Source of the DNA: Bispira polyomma
Lineage: Eukaryota
NCBI GenBank assembly: GCA_965649765.1
Contig: OZ287752.1
Location: forward strand, 56,668,001 to 56,732,000
DNA length: 64,000 nt
Direction of reading: 5' to 3'
How positions within the stretch are numbered: the stretch's first letter is position 1; each line of letters begins with the position of its first letter. Position numbers and translations under genes: made by a program. Positions 40,657-54,100 of this stretch are shown here, piece after piece. The notes beneath the pieces were generated by a model. The model was not told the origin of the DNA and did no database searches. It saw only the letters and a program-made list of their open reading frames with translations.

Positions 40657-41096
40657 GCCTACGCTTCCTTTCAGTACATTTTTTTTCGGCCGACGTCGGC
40701 CGATATTTTCCCTAATTATACAATACTACCAAGTGCTTCCTTTCAGCAGATTCACATCAGATCCGATCCAACAGATTTTATCTGTCAGGGAGGGAAAAAA
40801 TCGGGATGACTGACCGATTTTGAACTAAAAATGGCTACAAAACCACTGTCATAGTTATAGTTTTCATCCAATAAATACTGAATATTCGTCGGATGTTAAA
40901 GTTGAAAATGGCATGAGAAAGCTTATTTTATTGTGATTACAATAAACTAAGCTTTTTCATGCCATTTTCAAAGTTACTATCCGACGAATATTGAGTATAT
41001 ATCTGATGAAAGGAAGCGCTACATCGGCCGACGTCGGCCGACGTCGGACACACACAAATCGGCCGACGTCGGAATGTGCTGAAAGGAAGCGTAGGC
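40657..41096. mobile_element. PIF/Harbinger-type MITE
   Basis: TIRs gcctacgcttcctttcag ... ctgaaaggaagcgtaggc, TTA flanks, internal TCGGCCGACG palindromic repeats. Confidence 0.85.
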
Positions 41097-42373
41097 TTAT
41101 TAAAAAACACATCGGCACACAGTGTGAGTAACACTCTTCAGTTTGGCCGGGTTGTTTGCTTCCAATCAATCAATGAAGGCCAACATGTCCTTACATATGA
41201 TTTCTAACATGACAGCCGTGTCTGATAATCACATGATAATATAAATCTGACACCCCTCAGTTTGGACGTGTTGATTGCTTCAAACAATCCATGAAGGCCT
41301 TACATATTATTCCTAAGATGGCGGCAGCCTTTGTCAGAGTAAATAGAAACAACCCTACTCCTGATAAAAACAGATATGTATATAGACTATAAAAACCTCG
41401 ATTATATAAGTATTTTAATACTGATTTCTGCACTGTAAAAGTTGTATTGTTAAATTTCTAAAGTAGTGTTTGCCCTATGATCCTGCTATTTTACGAATTC
41501 TGTTATCCTGACACGCTCTCCAAGTTCTTTAGTTAATACATGCTCTGCTGCACAAGTCTTTGAACTAAGACAAGATTACTGGCTTCAGGAAAAAGCTCAA
41601 AACACATTTGTATCAACTTAGTTTTCTGCCTTAACATTTGTTTGCTGGTCATGACTGAACTCTGATCACACACCTTTTCTCCTATCAGACTATTACTTTG
41701 CATACTGATTGGGATTTGCGCCACAGAGGATGTCTGGTCATCAATTGTGGGGCTGTGGAAGTAAAACATTATTACAAACATTAACTTTTACAAAAGCCTA
41801 AGATATATATATATATATATATCTGGCTTTTTAATTTAGACTTATGAAGGGACCACCAGATGACACCCAGACTATTTCGGTAAATTTTGGGTCGTTTGGA
41901 TCACAACCTTGCTTATGTGGTTGAAGGGAATAGACATCTTAATTTGCTTAAGTTATGGCCAAAAAACAATAACAGTTTTCTCTGGCAGAATACATGAAAA
42001 CGTCACACGTATTTGTAAATAGTAATCAAGTTTTATTTGAGGTTATACTTATATTAATACAATATTCTCAATAATGATGAAAAGGTATTTAAAGAGTTTG
42101 TTATTATCTGAACAAATCACCAAAGATTATTTATGTAAAAATATAGACGTGTTAGCTTTAACCTATAAAGTTTGAAGGTAACAAAACGAATCTCAAAAAT
42201 CCTATAGCTAAATACTAAACTCTTTACAAAGTTACCTAACCTTTAAGCTGCCTGCCACGTTTGTCTAAATGATAACAGTTAATCTGTTCCAAAAAAACAT
42301 TAGTTCAATAATAAAAGTAAATAACGCTAAACTGTAAGAATATATCTACCTGTGATTTCATATACCAATCTAA

Positions 42374-42995
42374 TGGCCTGGTCACACCTACACGTGCCAA
42401 CGTCCCCCAACGTACCTAAGCAATATACACTGCAAACGTGGTAGTATTGTATCAAAGTGACGTCATTTCCATAAAGGAGTAGTCGATTGTGACGTTTTGT
42501 GACGTTTCGTGATGATGTTGGTACTTGTACACACGAAGAGGGGGCAAAAAACGGAGCTTTTACTGGTAGGATATCACTACCTACTACTACATAAAGCTAA
42601 TGTATTGCTACTTACGGCTGCATTCTGCTGCCTTCTGCTACTCAGTGAAACTTTCTCGACTAACAGAGATGATCTCACTACTTACTGTGACTTCCTTGCT
42701 ACCTACTACTACATATAGCTACTTACTGATACGTCTATGCTACTTTCAGAAACGTTCGGGGATGAACAGAGAAACGGGGAGAAACGGGAGCTGTAAGTGT
42801 AGTGTTTCAAACTGTTTGAAACACTACATGCAAAAGACGAAACGGAGATGTTTCCGGAACGATATCATCCGTCGCACAACATAACGAGACTATCATAGAA
42901 GGGATCCCCACTTTCTACTACGTTTCAAAACGGTTCCAAAATTCACACAACATGACACAAACGTAGCTCTAGGACTTGTAGGTGTGACCAGGACA
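42374..42995. mobile_element. PIF/Harbinger-type MITE; 5' partial copy at about 7964-8128
   Basis: TIRs tggcctggtcacacctaca ... tgtaggtgtgaccaggaca with TAA target duplication. Confidence 0.85.
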
Positions 42996-44682
42996 TAAGG
43001 TTCCAGCTTACATTAAGGTTCCAGTCCTATATTCAGTCCTATGGCAACAGGAACGGCTAGTGAAATAAGAAACTATCGATACAACATGTAAAATGTGACC
43101 TTTGTCAAAGCTTAATAGAATAATTTATACCAGTGCATTATGATGTTTTCAAAGAATTCTAACCCTGCAATTGTATCCCCGACCAACTTCAGGGACAATA
43201 TGGACTTGTTTCGGTCATACTGCAGCCCCCCTCCCACCACCCCTACTTATTGTAAGCTTAAACTTTAATTCAGGGGTCATTAATTTGCCTTGATAATGGC
43301 CACATTTTTAGCTATTTTTGTTTGTCACATCACTGGCCTGATTGTCACATTTAGTAGCTTGAATAATTTGATAATTGTGAAAAAGTATGATAAAAAAATA
43401 TGTCCTGTATCAAATGGCACGTCATTCAATGTCATCCACAGTGCACCATAGCACTTAAAAAGGCCACTTGATTTTGTATTTGTAATTTTTAAGTGATGGA
43501 CGTTCGAAGTTGCTGTGCGCTATTCTCTAAAAAATGAGTTACTGATACATATCGATATTTGCATCAAGGTCACTCCTAAAGTTTCAAAATAAGGTCTTAT
43601 CATATATTTTTTAAGTTATAGCTATTTAGGATATCACGACTACGGAATCTGCTTAGTATGTCAGACTTGACCTTGAACTCCACCATTTAGGTTAGTTGGG
43701 GTATCAATACTTGTAGGTCATGCCTATCATTGTTCCTGCTTGTTATGAATGTGAAAAAGGACATCATGGACTAGTAATATTTTAACGAGATTAAATGTGA
43801 CTTTGCAGCCCTTCTTTTTAAGGTCAAATAGGGATATTAATCAATACCTATAGGTACTTTAAGTAGATGCTACGTACGAAGTTACAAGTACGAGCTTATA
43901 ACTTGTTGGTACAGCTCAGGGAATGGCAATACCGGTAGTTCTTGTTATGTTAGAAAAGTGTTAAATAATTAGCAATGCTAAATACTATGTGTGCTTCTTT
44001 TTTCATAGATATGTCCCACGTCATTGTAAAAATTAATATTATAGTCATCTTATTTCGATTCTCTCAAAGTAATACCAAAAAAAGACAACAAATAATAATT
44101 TATGTAATTCATTATTTGAAAAATATATATTAATTTTGTCTATAACATATAAATATCTCTTTATAACATAATAACAAATTTACTTGACTGGAGAAATATT
44201 TAAAGATATAATAAAAACCACCATTTTGAAACAATACTGGTGCATCCTTATGCAATATACTTTAGGAGTAAAAATACACATTAGTTAGTGACATAGGTAA
44301 TATATATGCCCATTAAATTATGTGTTCATAGTCTTATTTCACAAATTGTTTATATTGTTGGAATTTTGTACAAAGTGAAAGAACTGCATCTTCATCCTAC
44401 TCTAAATAAAAACATTTGGCAACATTAATGAGTAGGTTTATTGAATAAATTAATAAATAATAACAAAAAAAAATTTAAAAAAACATTAAATCCTTCATTA
44501 TAACTTGATTCGAGAGTCACTATACAAAATCAGAAAAACAATTTACCCCGAGTGAAATGAACTTTAATCTTAATTTTTTTTTTTTGTACATATATTATGT
44601 TAATGTGGACATGTCCAATGAATTGACACAAAATGTATAAATCCAATCTTGTCCAATTGTTGTTGTTTGTTTTTCCTTCTTG

Positions 44683-44982
44683 CTACTCTGGTCCAACGGG
44701 AGGATCTTGAATGGCGACGAGCATGTAATCTTTGTCGGGAGCAATAATTATTTCGTGCTTCTTGGTGCGCAGGCGCAGAAGCTGGAGGTCGTTCTGTACG
44801 TCCAAATGATTGACGACGTTCTTGGATTTCATGGCAAACCCGTGCACAAGGGTGGCATAGTGGGTGGTCACGTTGGCTTCCATGGTGCTCTTGATGACTA
44901 TTCCTTCACTGTTGAGGATGAAACAACCGATGACCCCTTTAGAAGACTGTAGCCTTTTAAACATGTCATCTACTTCAGCCAT
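44683..44982 (-). CDS. DYNLRB: Dynein light chain roadblock-type (LC7), intronless CDS, 99 aa
   Basis: MAEVDDMFKRLQSSKGVIG..LNSEGIVIKSTM...QNDLQLLRLRTKKHEIIIAPDKDYMLVAIQDP closely matches the roadblock consensus (MAEVEETLKRIQSHKGVIG...[31 protein letters not shown]). AATAAA at 44437-44442 (-). Confidence 0.96.
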   Translation of the reverse strand: MAEVDDMFKRLQSSKGVIGCFILNSEGIVIKSTMEANVTTHYATLVHGFAMKSKNVVNHLDVQNDLQLLRLRTKKHEIIIAPDKDYMLVAIQDPPVGPE

Positions 44983-45452
44983 ATTGATTTGATTATTAGT
45001 TGTGTGTTGGGTTTTTTTGTCAATATTATATATTTATATATCCGTCAGTGATGTTGGAGCTACTTCCTGTAAATAGTCTGTTGTTTTTTTATACTATATA
45101 TAATGGCAATTTGTAGAATCAAACTGAAGAAATAATAAATGCTTAGTAGATGCTATATACTGGCATAGATTCCACACATAAATATATCTTTATGTATTTT
45201 ACTTTTGTTATACCTGATGCATGTAGACTGAAAGACACACAGATATCTATATAAATGTATGTCTCCACTTATTCTAACACAGTTTGTTTTCAAATACACA
45301 TACACACATACATAAATATACGTGTCCACTCGTGGTAGTACTTAATATTCTAATATAAACAGGCGAGCTTTATATATGCTATGTGTTATAGCCTCTATAT
45401 ATACTTTGTAATACTTTCTAATCACAGACTGTTTATGCTCGGATACAAGAAC

Positions 45453-45593
45453 NNNNNNNNNNNNNNNNNNNNNNNNNNNNNNNNNNNNNNNNNNNNNNNN
45501 NNNNNNNNNNNNNNNNNNNNNNNNNNNNNNNNNNNNNNNNNNNNNNNNNNNNNNNNNNNNNNNNNNNNNNNNNNNNNNNNNNNNNNNNNNNNN
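45453..45593. other. Assembly gap
   Basis: Run of 141 N. Confidence 1.
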
Positions 45594-47194
45594 TTGGAAA
45601 TCAGGTTATAGCCAATGAATAGCATCATTTATGGATTTCTCTCTCTATATATAACTCCTAGGAGATCATTTGTATGGAGATTAGGCTCTTAGAAACAAGA
45701 GGGTTGGATACCTAATAGTGTTTGTCCTGAAAGGGTTGATGAAAACTATATGTTCCCTAATTCATTAAAAAAACACATTTATACTTTACATGCAGGTCTA
45801 CATAAAGTGTATATTATTTGACCATTTATAGTTTTAAGATTAATATATTAATCAGTCATTATAACCCAGATTAAAGCTATATTATTAATGTTAATAATAA
45901 TTTATTGTTTAAATTCCTTCTTTTAATGTGTCACTACCAACAAACTGACATACTGGTATCTATCAGGTGAGTTTGAAGACCAGTTGTCCACACATGCTCA
46001 ATTAATGGTCCATCCTCGTATTAAGACAGTGAATACGTTTAATACATGGTATGTGTTGACAAGCTAAATAATTAACCCCCTTTTGTTTTGAGGTAGCTTT
46101 GCTTAAGTCTCTCCTTAAGTCTCTCCTTAAGTCTCTTCTTTGCATTATCAGATAGAGATACTTTAACAGTAAACTATTTTATGTAGAATCTCATATAGCA
46201 TATACACAGTACTAATGTACACATCTGCACAATTTAAAATAAAAAAGAAGGGGCTAAGTTATGAAAACTGATTTCTTTTAAATAATATATTCACCCTGTT
46301 ATTGCTCTTATATTGCTGGAGTAACTGACTGTATCTTGCAATTACGTCAACATTAAGCTCAAGTTAGGCTTTTCTAAGTTAACCTTAACTTTAATTGAAT
46401 TTTAGTTTAACTAAATTTACTTCAATTAAATTTATACTCTCGCTTAAGGGGACCTTAATGTAAACTATTAAGTGTGATTATGGTTACCTTAAACTCAAGT
46501 TAACGTCTAAGCTAACCTTAAGATGGTATGCGGCATTCAATATCAGTCAGTACATACATCTTAGTTTTAATATAGTTAAAAAACTAACATACCCCAAATA
46601 CTCTCTCAATGTCTCAAGAGGTCAAAATAGGCAAGGTCACGGGAGAGGCACTGTTTTGTATATTCACAGAATTCCAAGCCCTATCTGTGGGGGATTGTTT
46701 TGCATTCAAAATAATGCCGACGCCATGAAAACAGTACTTTATGGTTTCAGTTCTAGTATACATTTTTCATGGCACAGTCTGTCATCTCAAGAAAATCAGA
46801 TGAATATGTTAAAATAGTAATTGCTTCATATCAAATAATTTAATAACAAGGGAGTGCATTTCTTAAATTGTTTAGATGTGTACATATAAAGGGACGTATG
46901 TACTATGTGTATTATAGTTTGTGGTTTACTAAAGTCAGTGACACCCCCAGACCTTGTCCAGTTTGACCTTATACACATGCAGTAAAAGGAAGCAAGTAGT
47001 GTATATTAATTTGATTCTGACTAAGTTCTAAAATTTATGTACAAACTGGACCACAATACCTGAGTTAAGATTAAGTCAAATACTTAACTTTAGGTTAAGG
47101 TTAACTAATACTGTGTAAAGACCTTTACTTTAAGGTTACCTTGAGTCAATGTAAGTATCACGAATTCAGTATTCAAGGTAAGGTGATTCAAACC

Positions 47195-47695
47195 GGTGTA
47201 TGAAAGTTTGCCCACAGGACCTTTACCCACAAGGACCTTTGCCCACAGCACCTTTGCCCCCAAGTAACTTTGCCCACAACAACTTTTACAGGGGAGGAAC
47301 TTTGCCCACAATAATAATAAAATATGAAATAATAACCATAAAAATAAGTTATTATTATTTTATTGAATTTATTTTAAACAAAATGTAAACAGTATATAAT
47401 ATCTACAATATCAAAACAGTCGACAGAACTTTGTACAGACTTCAGAAAGAGTCAATAGCATTATAACATCATGCTTTTAGTTTAGTTTTAGTTTTTAGTT
47501 TAGACAATTAATGTTTAATCTCTTTTGGAACTATCATGTCCTGAGCAGTTATCTAGGTGAATATTAGGAAGCAGGCAAAATTTATAATTTACCCTGTAAA
47601 AATGGTTGTGGACAAAGTTCCTGTGGGCAAAGTTCCTGTGGGAAAAGTCCCTTATTGGCAAAGTTCCTGTGGGCAAAGTTCCTGGATTCGATTAA
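47195..47695. mobile_element. Foldback/MITE with mirrored subterminal repeats
   Basis: (ctttgcccaca)n at 47203-47310 mirrored by (tgtgggcaaagttcc)n at 47607-47685 around an AT-rich core. Confidence 0.75.
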
Positions 47696-48999
47696 ACCAT
47701 AGTTAATATTAAGTAAATCTATGTATCATAAATATAAATTATATATAGTACTCATATAAAATTCAATATCCCAAAAGGAGCATGCACGCTGACAGCGTTC
47801 TAGCTAAAAGCCTAACTAAAAATCTGCAAAAATTGTCCAAGCACTTCCTAACTGAAACATTTCAGGACAGGAATCTCCAGACCATTAACAAGGTCAAAAG
47901 CAACCAAATGTATACACACCAACAATAGCAATAAAAGAAGTAGCAGCCTGATGTAACCCAGTTTATGCATTATTTTTCATGCATTGATGATTCTGAGGCT
48001 GCTTTATCTGTGAGGAGGATTTTCCATTCTTACTCGTAGGAGTATCCCAGTTACATATATTAATGATATGCACTCTTACTGACAACATTAAATTGAAACA
48101 CAATTTTTGACAACTAGAGGGGAATTATAATCAACGTCGGACTGGCCTGCCCTGGAAATTTTGCGTGTTTCTCCACAAGGATCCTGATGTTACCCAGTAG
48201 AGGGGTGGAGATAAGACATAAGGCCCTCACGTAAAAGCCAAAGTTCAAGACAACTATCCTTCCCCAAGCAACCACTCACCCCCACTGTGCAATGGACACA
48301 AAGTGGTGTTTGCTCCCAGACAATGTATGGGGAAGGATAGCTCCTAGGTAGAAAAAAGAGGAAGGTGGTGAGAAATATATGTTTATTAAAATGGAATCTT
48401 TTCTCTCATACTTTTAATTACAAAATAAAGATATAATGAAATTTGTTGTAATTAAAGATCTCAAAAAGTCGATTTGTTTTTTTTTTAAACATTTTATGAT
48501 AAGCATTATTTCTAAGCAGGTGGCACTATCGGGACGATTCTATTATTCCCCTACCTGTGTATGAATACATTTCTGTGTAGGAATTCATGTATTATAAATA
48601 TTTGGTAAAATATAATTTCTCTATATATTATCTTGTATAGGTCGACAGGTTGACAGGTTGATATGTTATAAAATATATACTGTACATAAGTAGATCCTCA
48701 GGTTGACCAGTCGAGGGTTGAAATGTAATAAAAAAAAATTACCCATAAATTTTTAGATATTTGATAATATGTTTTTACTCTATGTACTATCTTTATACAT
48801 ATACAGGTTGTCATGGAAACAAGCAAAAATTTGATGACCTATAAATATATAGATATTTTAAAAAATATAGTTCCTCTATATATTATCTTCAAATATAAGT
48901 TGCCATGTAAAGGAAATAAAAAAAAACCACTATTGACCTATAAATTTAGATATTTCATCAAATACAGTTAGTCTAGTCTATTATAGTCAGACTTTTATA

Positions 49000-50130
49000 G
49001 CGCTTAATCTTCATACAACGAATTCTAAGGTGTGACAAAACCTAAGCATTAATCAAAAAATTAAAAATCGGTGGGGGATGGTGGTCATAACCAGGAAGAC
49101 TACCGGAATGGTTGTAATGGTTGTGACAGTTAAGGTGAAGAGGCCTGTTCAAAAAGGTAGGCCTTCAGCTTACTCCTGAAAGAGGGGACAGTTTGAGCCA
49201 AGCGAACATGATCAGGCAGACTATTCCATATGAAGAGGCCATCATGACTTAGGCAATATCGAAATGTACTTTTGCATTTGTGGATGCGAAGTTCAAAAGT
49301 GGGAATATTAAGATATATTTTATCAGGGTTAGTACGCCTAGTCCTGACTGAGCATATATATTTGGATAGATGGGGGCTGAAATAACTGGGTAATTTAGAA
49401 TTTAGAAATTTGTATAAAATTGTTGCAGTTTTGAAAGCAACATGTTACTTTATTGAGAGCCCGTGGAGTGACTTGAGTACAGAAGTAATGTGAGAAAATT
49501 CAGAAGTTATGGTCACAGTTTTTCTTGTTGCGACTTGGAGCAAAACAAGATAACCTCAATCTTATCAGGGTTTAGCTTGAGTTTATTTGCTGCCTCAATC
49601 TTATCAGGGTTTAGCTTAAGTTTTTTTGCTGCCTCCCAGTGTTGTACATTGACAAGGCAGTTTTGTAAGGAGGTGGAAGCTGTCTAAGCAGAATCAGGCA
49701 TAGTGGATGTACAATTGGGTATCATAAGCATAGAAGTGAAAGTTTATGTTTTCGTATGCAGCAATAATCTTGCTGATTAGAGTGGTGTACATGGAAAACA
49801 AAATAGGACACAGGACTGAACCCTAGGGGAATGCCGAAATCTTGACCATGGTGGGATTGGATAATATGTTGCCAATTTTGGCCCGTTAAGTACAGTACCG
49901 CTGATATCAAACCAAGACAACAGGCACTCAAGAAGAACTTTGTGATCAATAGTGTCAAAGGCTGCTGACAGATCCAGCAATACCAAGGCAGTAGGCCTAT
50001 CTTTAGATAAAGATATATAAACATCTTTCTTTATGCAAAGTAGTGCAGTCTCAGTAGAATCATCACTTCTGCTGGCTGACTGATACTCAGCATGGATTAC
50101 TAACGTTGAGATGTTGTTTGATCTGTAAGG
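49000..50130 (-). mobile_element. Degenerate L2-clade LINE
   Basis: 'YQSA..STETALLCI..TALVLLDLSAAFDTIDH', 'FGIPLGFSP', 'LKLNPDKIE'. Confidence 0.88.
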
Positions 50131-50908
50131 CCACCACACGTTTAAAATGGTGTACAAAGCACAGAAAACAAAAGACAATATATAGTAGTAATGGGTGATA
50201 ATATGGGATAATTTTCAGTGTAACTCCAAAACTACCAAAAATAACAAATATTGTACGACGATTAAGCATTTTGAGGATGATTTCTAGTAAACAGAAGCTG
50301 AAACGTGGGTATAATAGATGAGATTTATTAAATTTTCAATTTTTCGATGAGACGTTGCCACAACCAGAAGTCTGTTCCTCTATATTAGCTTCATATATAG
50401 GTTGACGTGGGGGAAAAAAATTATTATTACACAGGCGTAATGAAGTATAGCTCTATTACAGCACCCATTCCGACCTCCAGTCCAACCTGCTGCCCTGTAA
50501 AGAAGCCTAGAATATTTCATTTTAAAAAAGTCATTTTTGCTTGGTTTTGTACTCAACAAAATGACGATTATATATTAATAACTCAGACATTACTGCAGAT
50601 TTGCATGAAAAATAATGTGAGAAAGCTTATTTTATTGTGATTTTTTATCTCTTTTGTTGCATCAGAATCCTTCAAAAACGGGTGAGATAGTCCCGCTTAA
50701 AAACAAGTACCCAACTTTTAAAATCAGGGTGGCAGTAAAGGGCGGCACTCCGATTCCATTCCGGTTCCAGTTATATTCCGAGATACAAACGAAGTATAAA
50801 TACGGAGAGCTCCACAATCGGTTTAAAATTTATCTCTCTAGTAATTCCCACAAAGGATGTCGCAAATAGCACTGCCCACTTAAAGAACCAATTTACGATA
50901 AAAACAAA

Positions 50909-51190
50909 ATGGCAAACTGTAAACATTGCGCCCCTTTATTGCGTTTCTTTGCACTTCTTTCAATTGTTGCATATTCACAAAGCAAAATATTTCAATTTAA
51001 AGATAATTCCTTTGAAGCAAACGTTCTTCACAAACCGTTTGGTGACTTTGAAAGTAACAAAGAGCGTCAGAGGTTTGTTCGTGATACGGGCACTGCACAA
51101 GGAAGCAATCTACCCAAATCAAAATTCCTAGAATTAAACCATCCAAACCATAATCAGGCAGTTCTGCATTGGTCTGGCAGAAATAGCGAT
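50909..51190 (+). CDS. VPS10 receptor exon 1
   Basis: aaaATGG start, signal peptide, HNQAVLHWSGRNSD, GAT|gtaagt donor. Confidence 0.92.
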
Positions 51191-54100
51191 GTAAGTATAT
51201 CTGCTGTATATTAAGTAAAGTAAAGAAAATATTCTTAAAGTTATTCTTAAAATGACACAAGCGCAGATACGTATGGTTATATAGTCACACTTCCTGTTAT
51301 CGATCACTTTCTATTATCGATCAGCAACAAAATAACCGGTTTATACTAGGTCATGTGACCTCAATTTAGCATTGATCATTTGGCATTTCGAAATAAAACA
51401 AAACTTCAATAACCTCCAACAAAAATTAAGAAAATAGGAGGTAAAAAAAGATATTAACTTGTTAAAATACATTTTATATATTATTCCGCTTACATGATTG
51501 ATAATTGGAGGTGCGAGGATACATTATGTTTTCGATGCAATGGGGTTTTCGACGTAACATATTTACTTTGAAACCTCGTTTACCATCATACTGTAGGTGT
51601 CCAAAGGTTTTGTTGTATTTCTGATTCGCTGTATAGTGTTGAAATGTAACTTCGGCATATTAAGCTATCTACGGCAGGTGACGTTTCCGCTCGGTATTGT
51701 ACAATAATATTGACAATTTGATCAATTTATTGCAATGAGATTTATCCCTGATTAATTATTGGTGTATTAATAGACACATAATTGGAAATGGTATACTTTG
51801 AATGTGGGTAACGATGATTTGGGTCAAAGTAATATATGCGCCGAATTTGCATAAACTGATGATATAGTTATTTTGCTATTAAAGTTATGGGATTTTGTTG
51901 GATATATATGTTAATTATAAGTTGTTGTTTTTTTTGACGTTTTCCGAAAATTTAAATTGATGAAATGCCTGTATCTATATGAATACTTAACCTAAAATGT
52001 TACTTTTAGTATCACTACAAAGCTGTTAGTATGTTCTTTGTGATAGGCATCTCCAATATTTATATGTACTGATAAATGAAAATTAAACCATTAATATAAA
52101 TTCAAAATGTATACTTAAAATTGTTGAATTTTGAGTGAATTTCATTGATTAAATGCTTACATTTCAGCAAATATAGGTTATACCAATTCTCAAATTATAT
52201 ATTCATGAAGCTAAATAAGTATAATTTCTGGAACTTTTTACGAAATAAAAATATCTGATGTATAATAGCTGAGTAAGTTGAAGTTGAAAAGGAGTCAAAA
52301 AAATTTACTGCGAACCTACTAAAACAGCAGCGAAACTGTCATACAGCAAAACCTCCATTAATAGGTATGTATACGATAATAAAACGGCAATTCCAAAGAC
52401 TAAAATTGCTTAGACTAGAATTTGCTTTAAAATACACTATTGTCAGTCTTTATGATAGAAATAAAGTCCTCGAGCTTAATTTATTTAAGATTAGAGGATG
52501 GCCCTTGTCCATTATTCCGCCAGTAGAGCCATCCTTAAATACATAAATAAAATTCCCGGCTTGTATCAAAAATATTGGATCTCGGGAAGTAATTAATAAT
52601 AATTTAATTGACTTCGGGAAGTGCATATCAGGATGCTGATTGTTTACATAAAGATCTACATATAACAATATTTAAGTTAAGGATGAAACAAGAAGCACAA
52701 TGATCACAATAAAATAAACTATTAATAAATCAAATTAAAAAATATTTCCTATAATTAAATCAAACTTTTATGAATAATTACTTCTTACTAATGACTGCTG
52801 TTTGAAGGTTACCTGACAACTATCAGAAGTACATTGTAAAGACTCAAGAAAGGGTGGTTATTTGGGAAAATATTAACTTCTGCCCATAGTTTTCAGCACC
52901 TAATTTATTTATGTTGATTTTATTTGTGGAAACAATACGTGCTGGATACACCATTAAATATAGGTCTTTATTAAAGTTACCTTAGCATTGTATGATGTTT
53001 AATTAAAGGATCTATAATTTTTTTAATGAGCTGTACTTTAGTACTTTGTCTTTATGTATGATAACATAGGCAATGTTCATGCTGACCCGGAAGAGAGAGT
53101 TCAATGGCTCTGTCTATGAGAGCGTTACCTACAGGTATGTTGTGACAATGTCTAGGGTCAAACTTTGGTTGTAAAGGTAAAATTATAATATTTGTGTCCT
53201 ATCTCAAGAAGTATCACTTGAAATTCCATTATACTAGAACTTGCCATACTTACTGGTAGGGTTTGTACCATACAGATCTATGTTAAGGTCACTTGTATTA
53301 CTCTAATTTTGTCAGTTTTATATAATGCTTCATGGAGCATTGCTTTTTATATTTAATTTTTCACTCCTTGGGGAGGAGGCTGACAGTATGCCTGTTTGGG
53401 CAAACAGTTCCTGTTTCATTTATAATATCCATAACAGTAAAATTAGTAAATGTTAAAGCGTATTAGCTTTTTAAGAAAATTAATAGCTTCTTCAACTGTT
53501 TTAGGTCTGACGATTATGGGTCAACATTTCGTGAAGTTGACACACAAATCAGGGGAAACAATAACAAGGTTGTCATTACCAGTTATTATGTGTCCCCAGT
53601 TGATGCAAATAAGGTAAGATACCACCTGAAGCTCATTCTGTAGTGTACTTTTAAAATGCTATAGGTTTCATGGGTGGTATTGCTAGGCTTGGTTTATAGT
53701 TTCTATTTTGCTACGATTTGGTTACATGTATATGGTTATTTATTTGTTATCAGTAAGAAATTATATCTGTATCCAACTACAATTTAGTGATAGAGAATTG
53801 TTTTAAGATAAATGCTAAACTTTTTGTTATTAAAACAAATGCAAACAGTTTATACATCATCATGTTGTTGCATTTATGTTGCAGCTCCTGTTTGTGGCAG
53901 TCAATGACAAGCTAATATTTAAAACGGACGATGAAGGACACACTTACTCGCAATGTAACAAGCCATTGACCTTCAGCCCTGACTACCTGTTATTTCACCC
54001 AAATAATTCACAAATGCTGCTTGCCTATGATTACTACAGGAGTTTAGTAAGTACCAAACGTCATATCAATAGATTTTAAGTCAGCTTAATTCCAGTAGAG

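Noticed and set aside
44680-44952. 90-aa plus-strand ORF
   Set aside because: Antisense shadow of the DYNLRB CDS.
45381-45628. ORFs spanning X residues
   Set aside because: Artefacts of the N gap.
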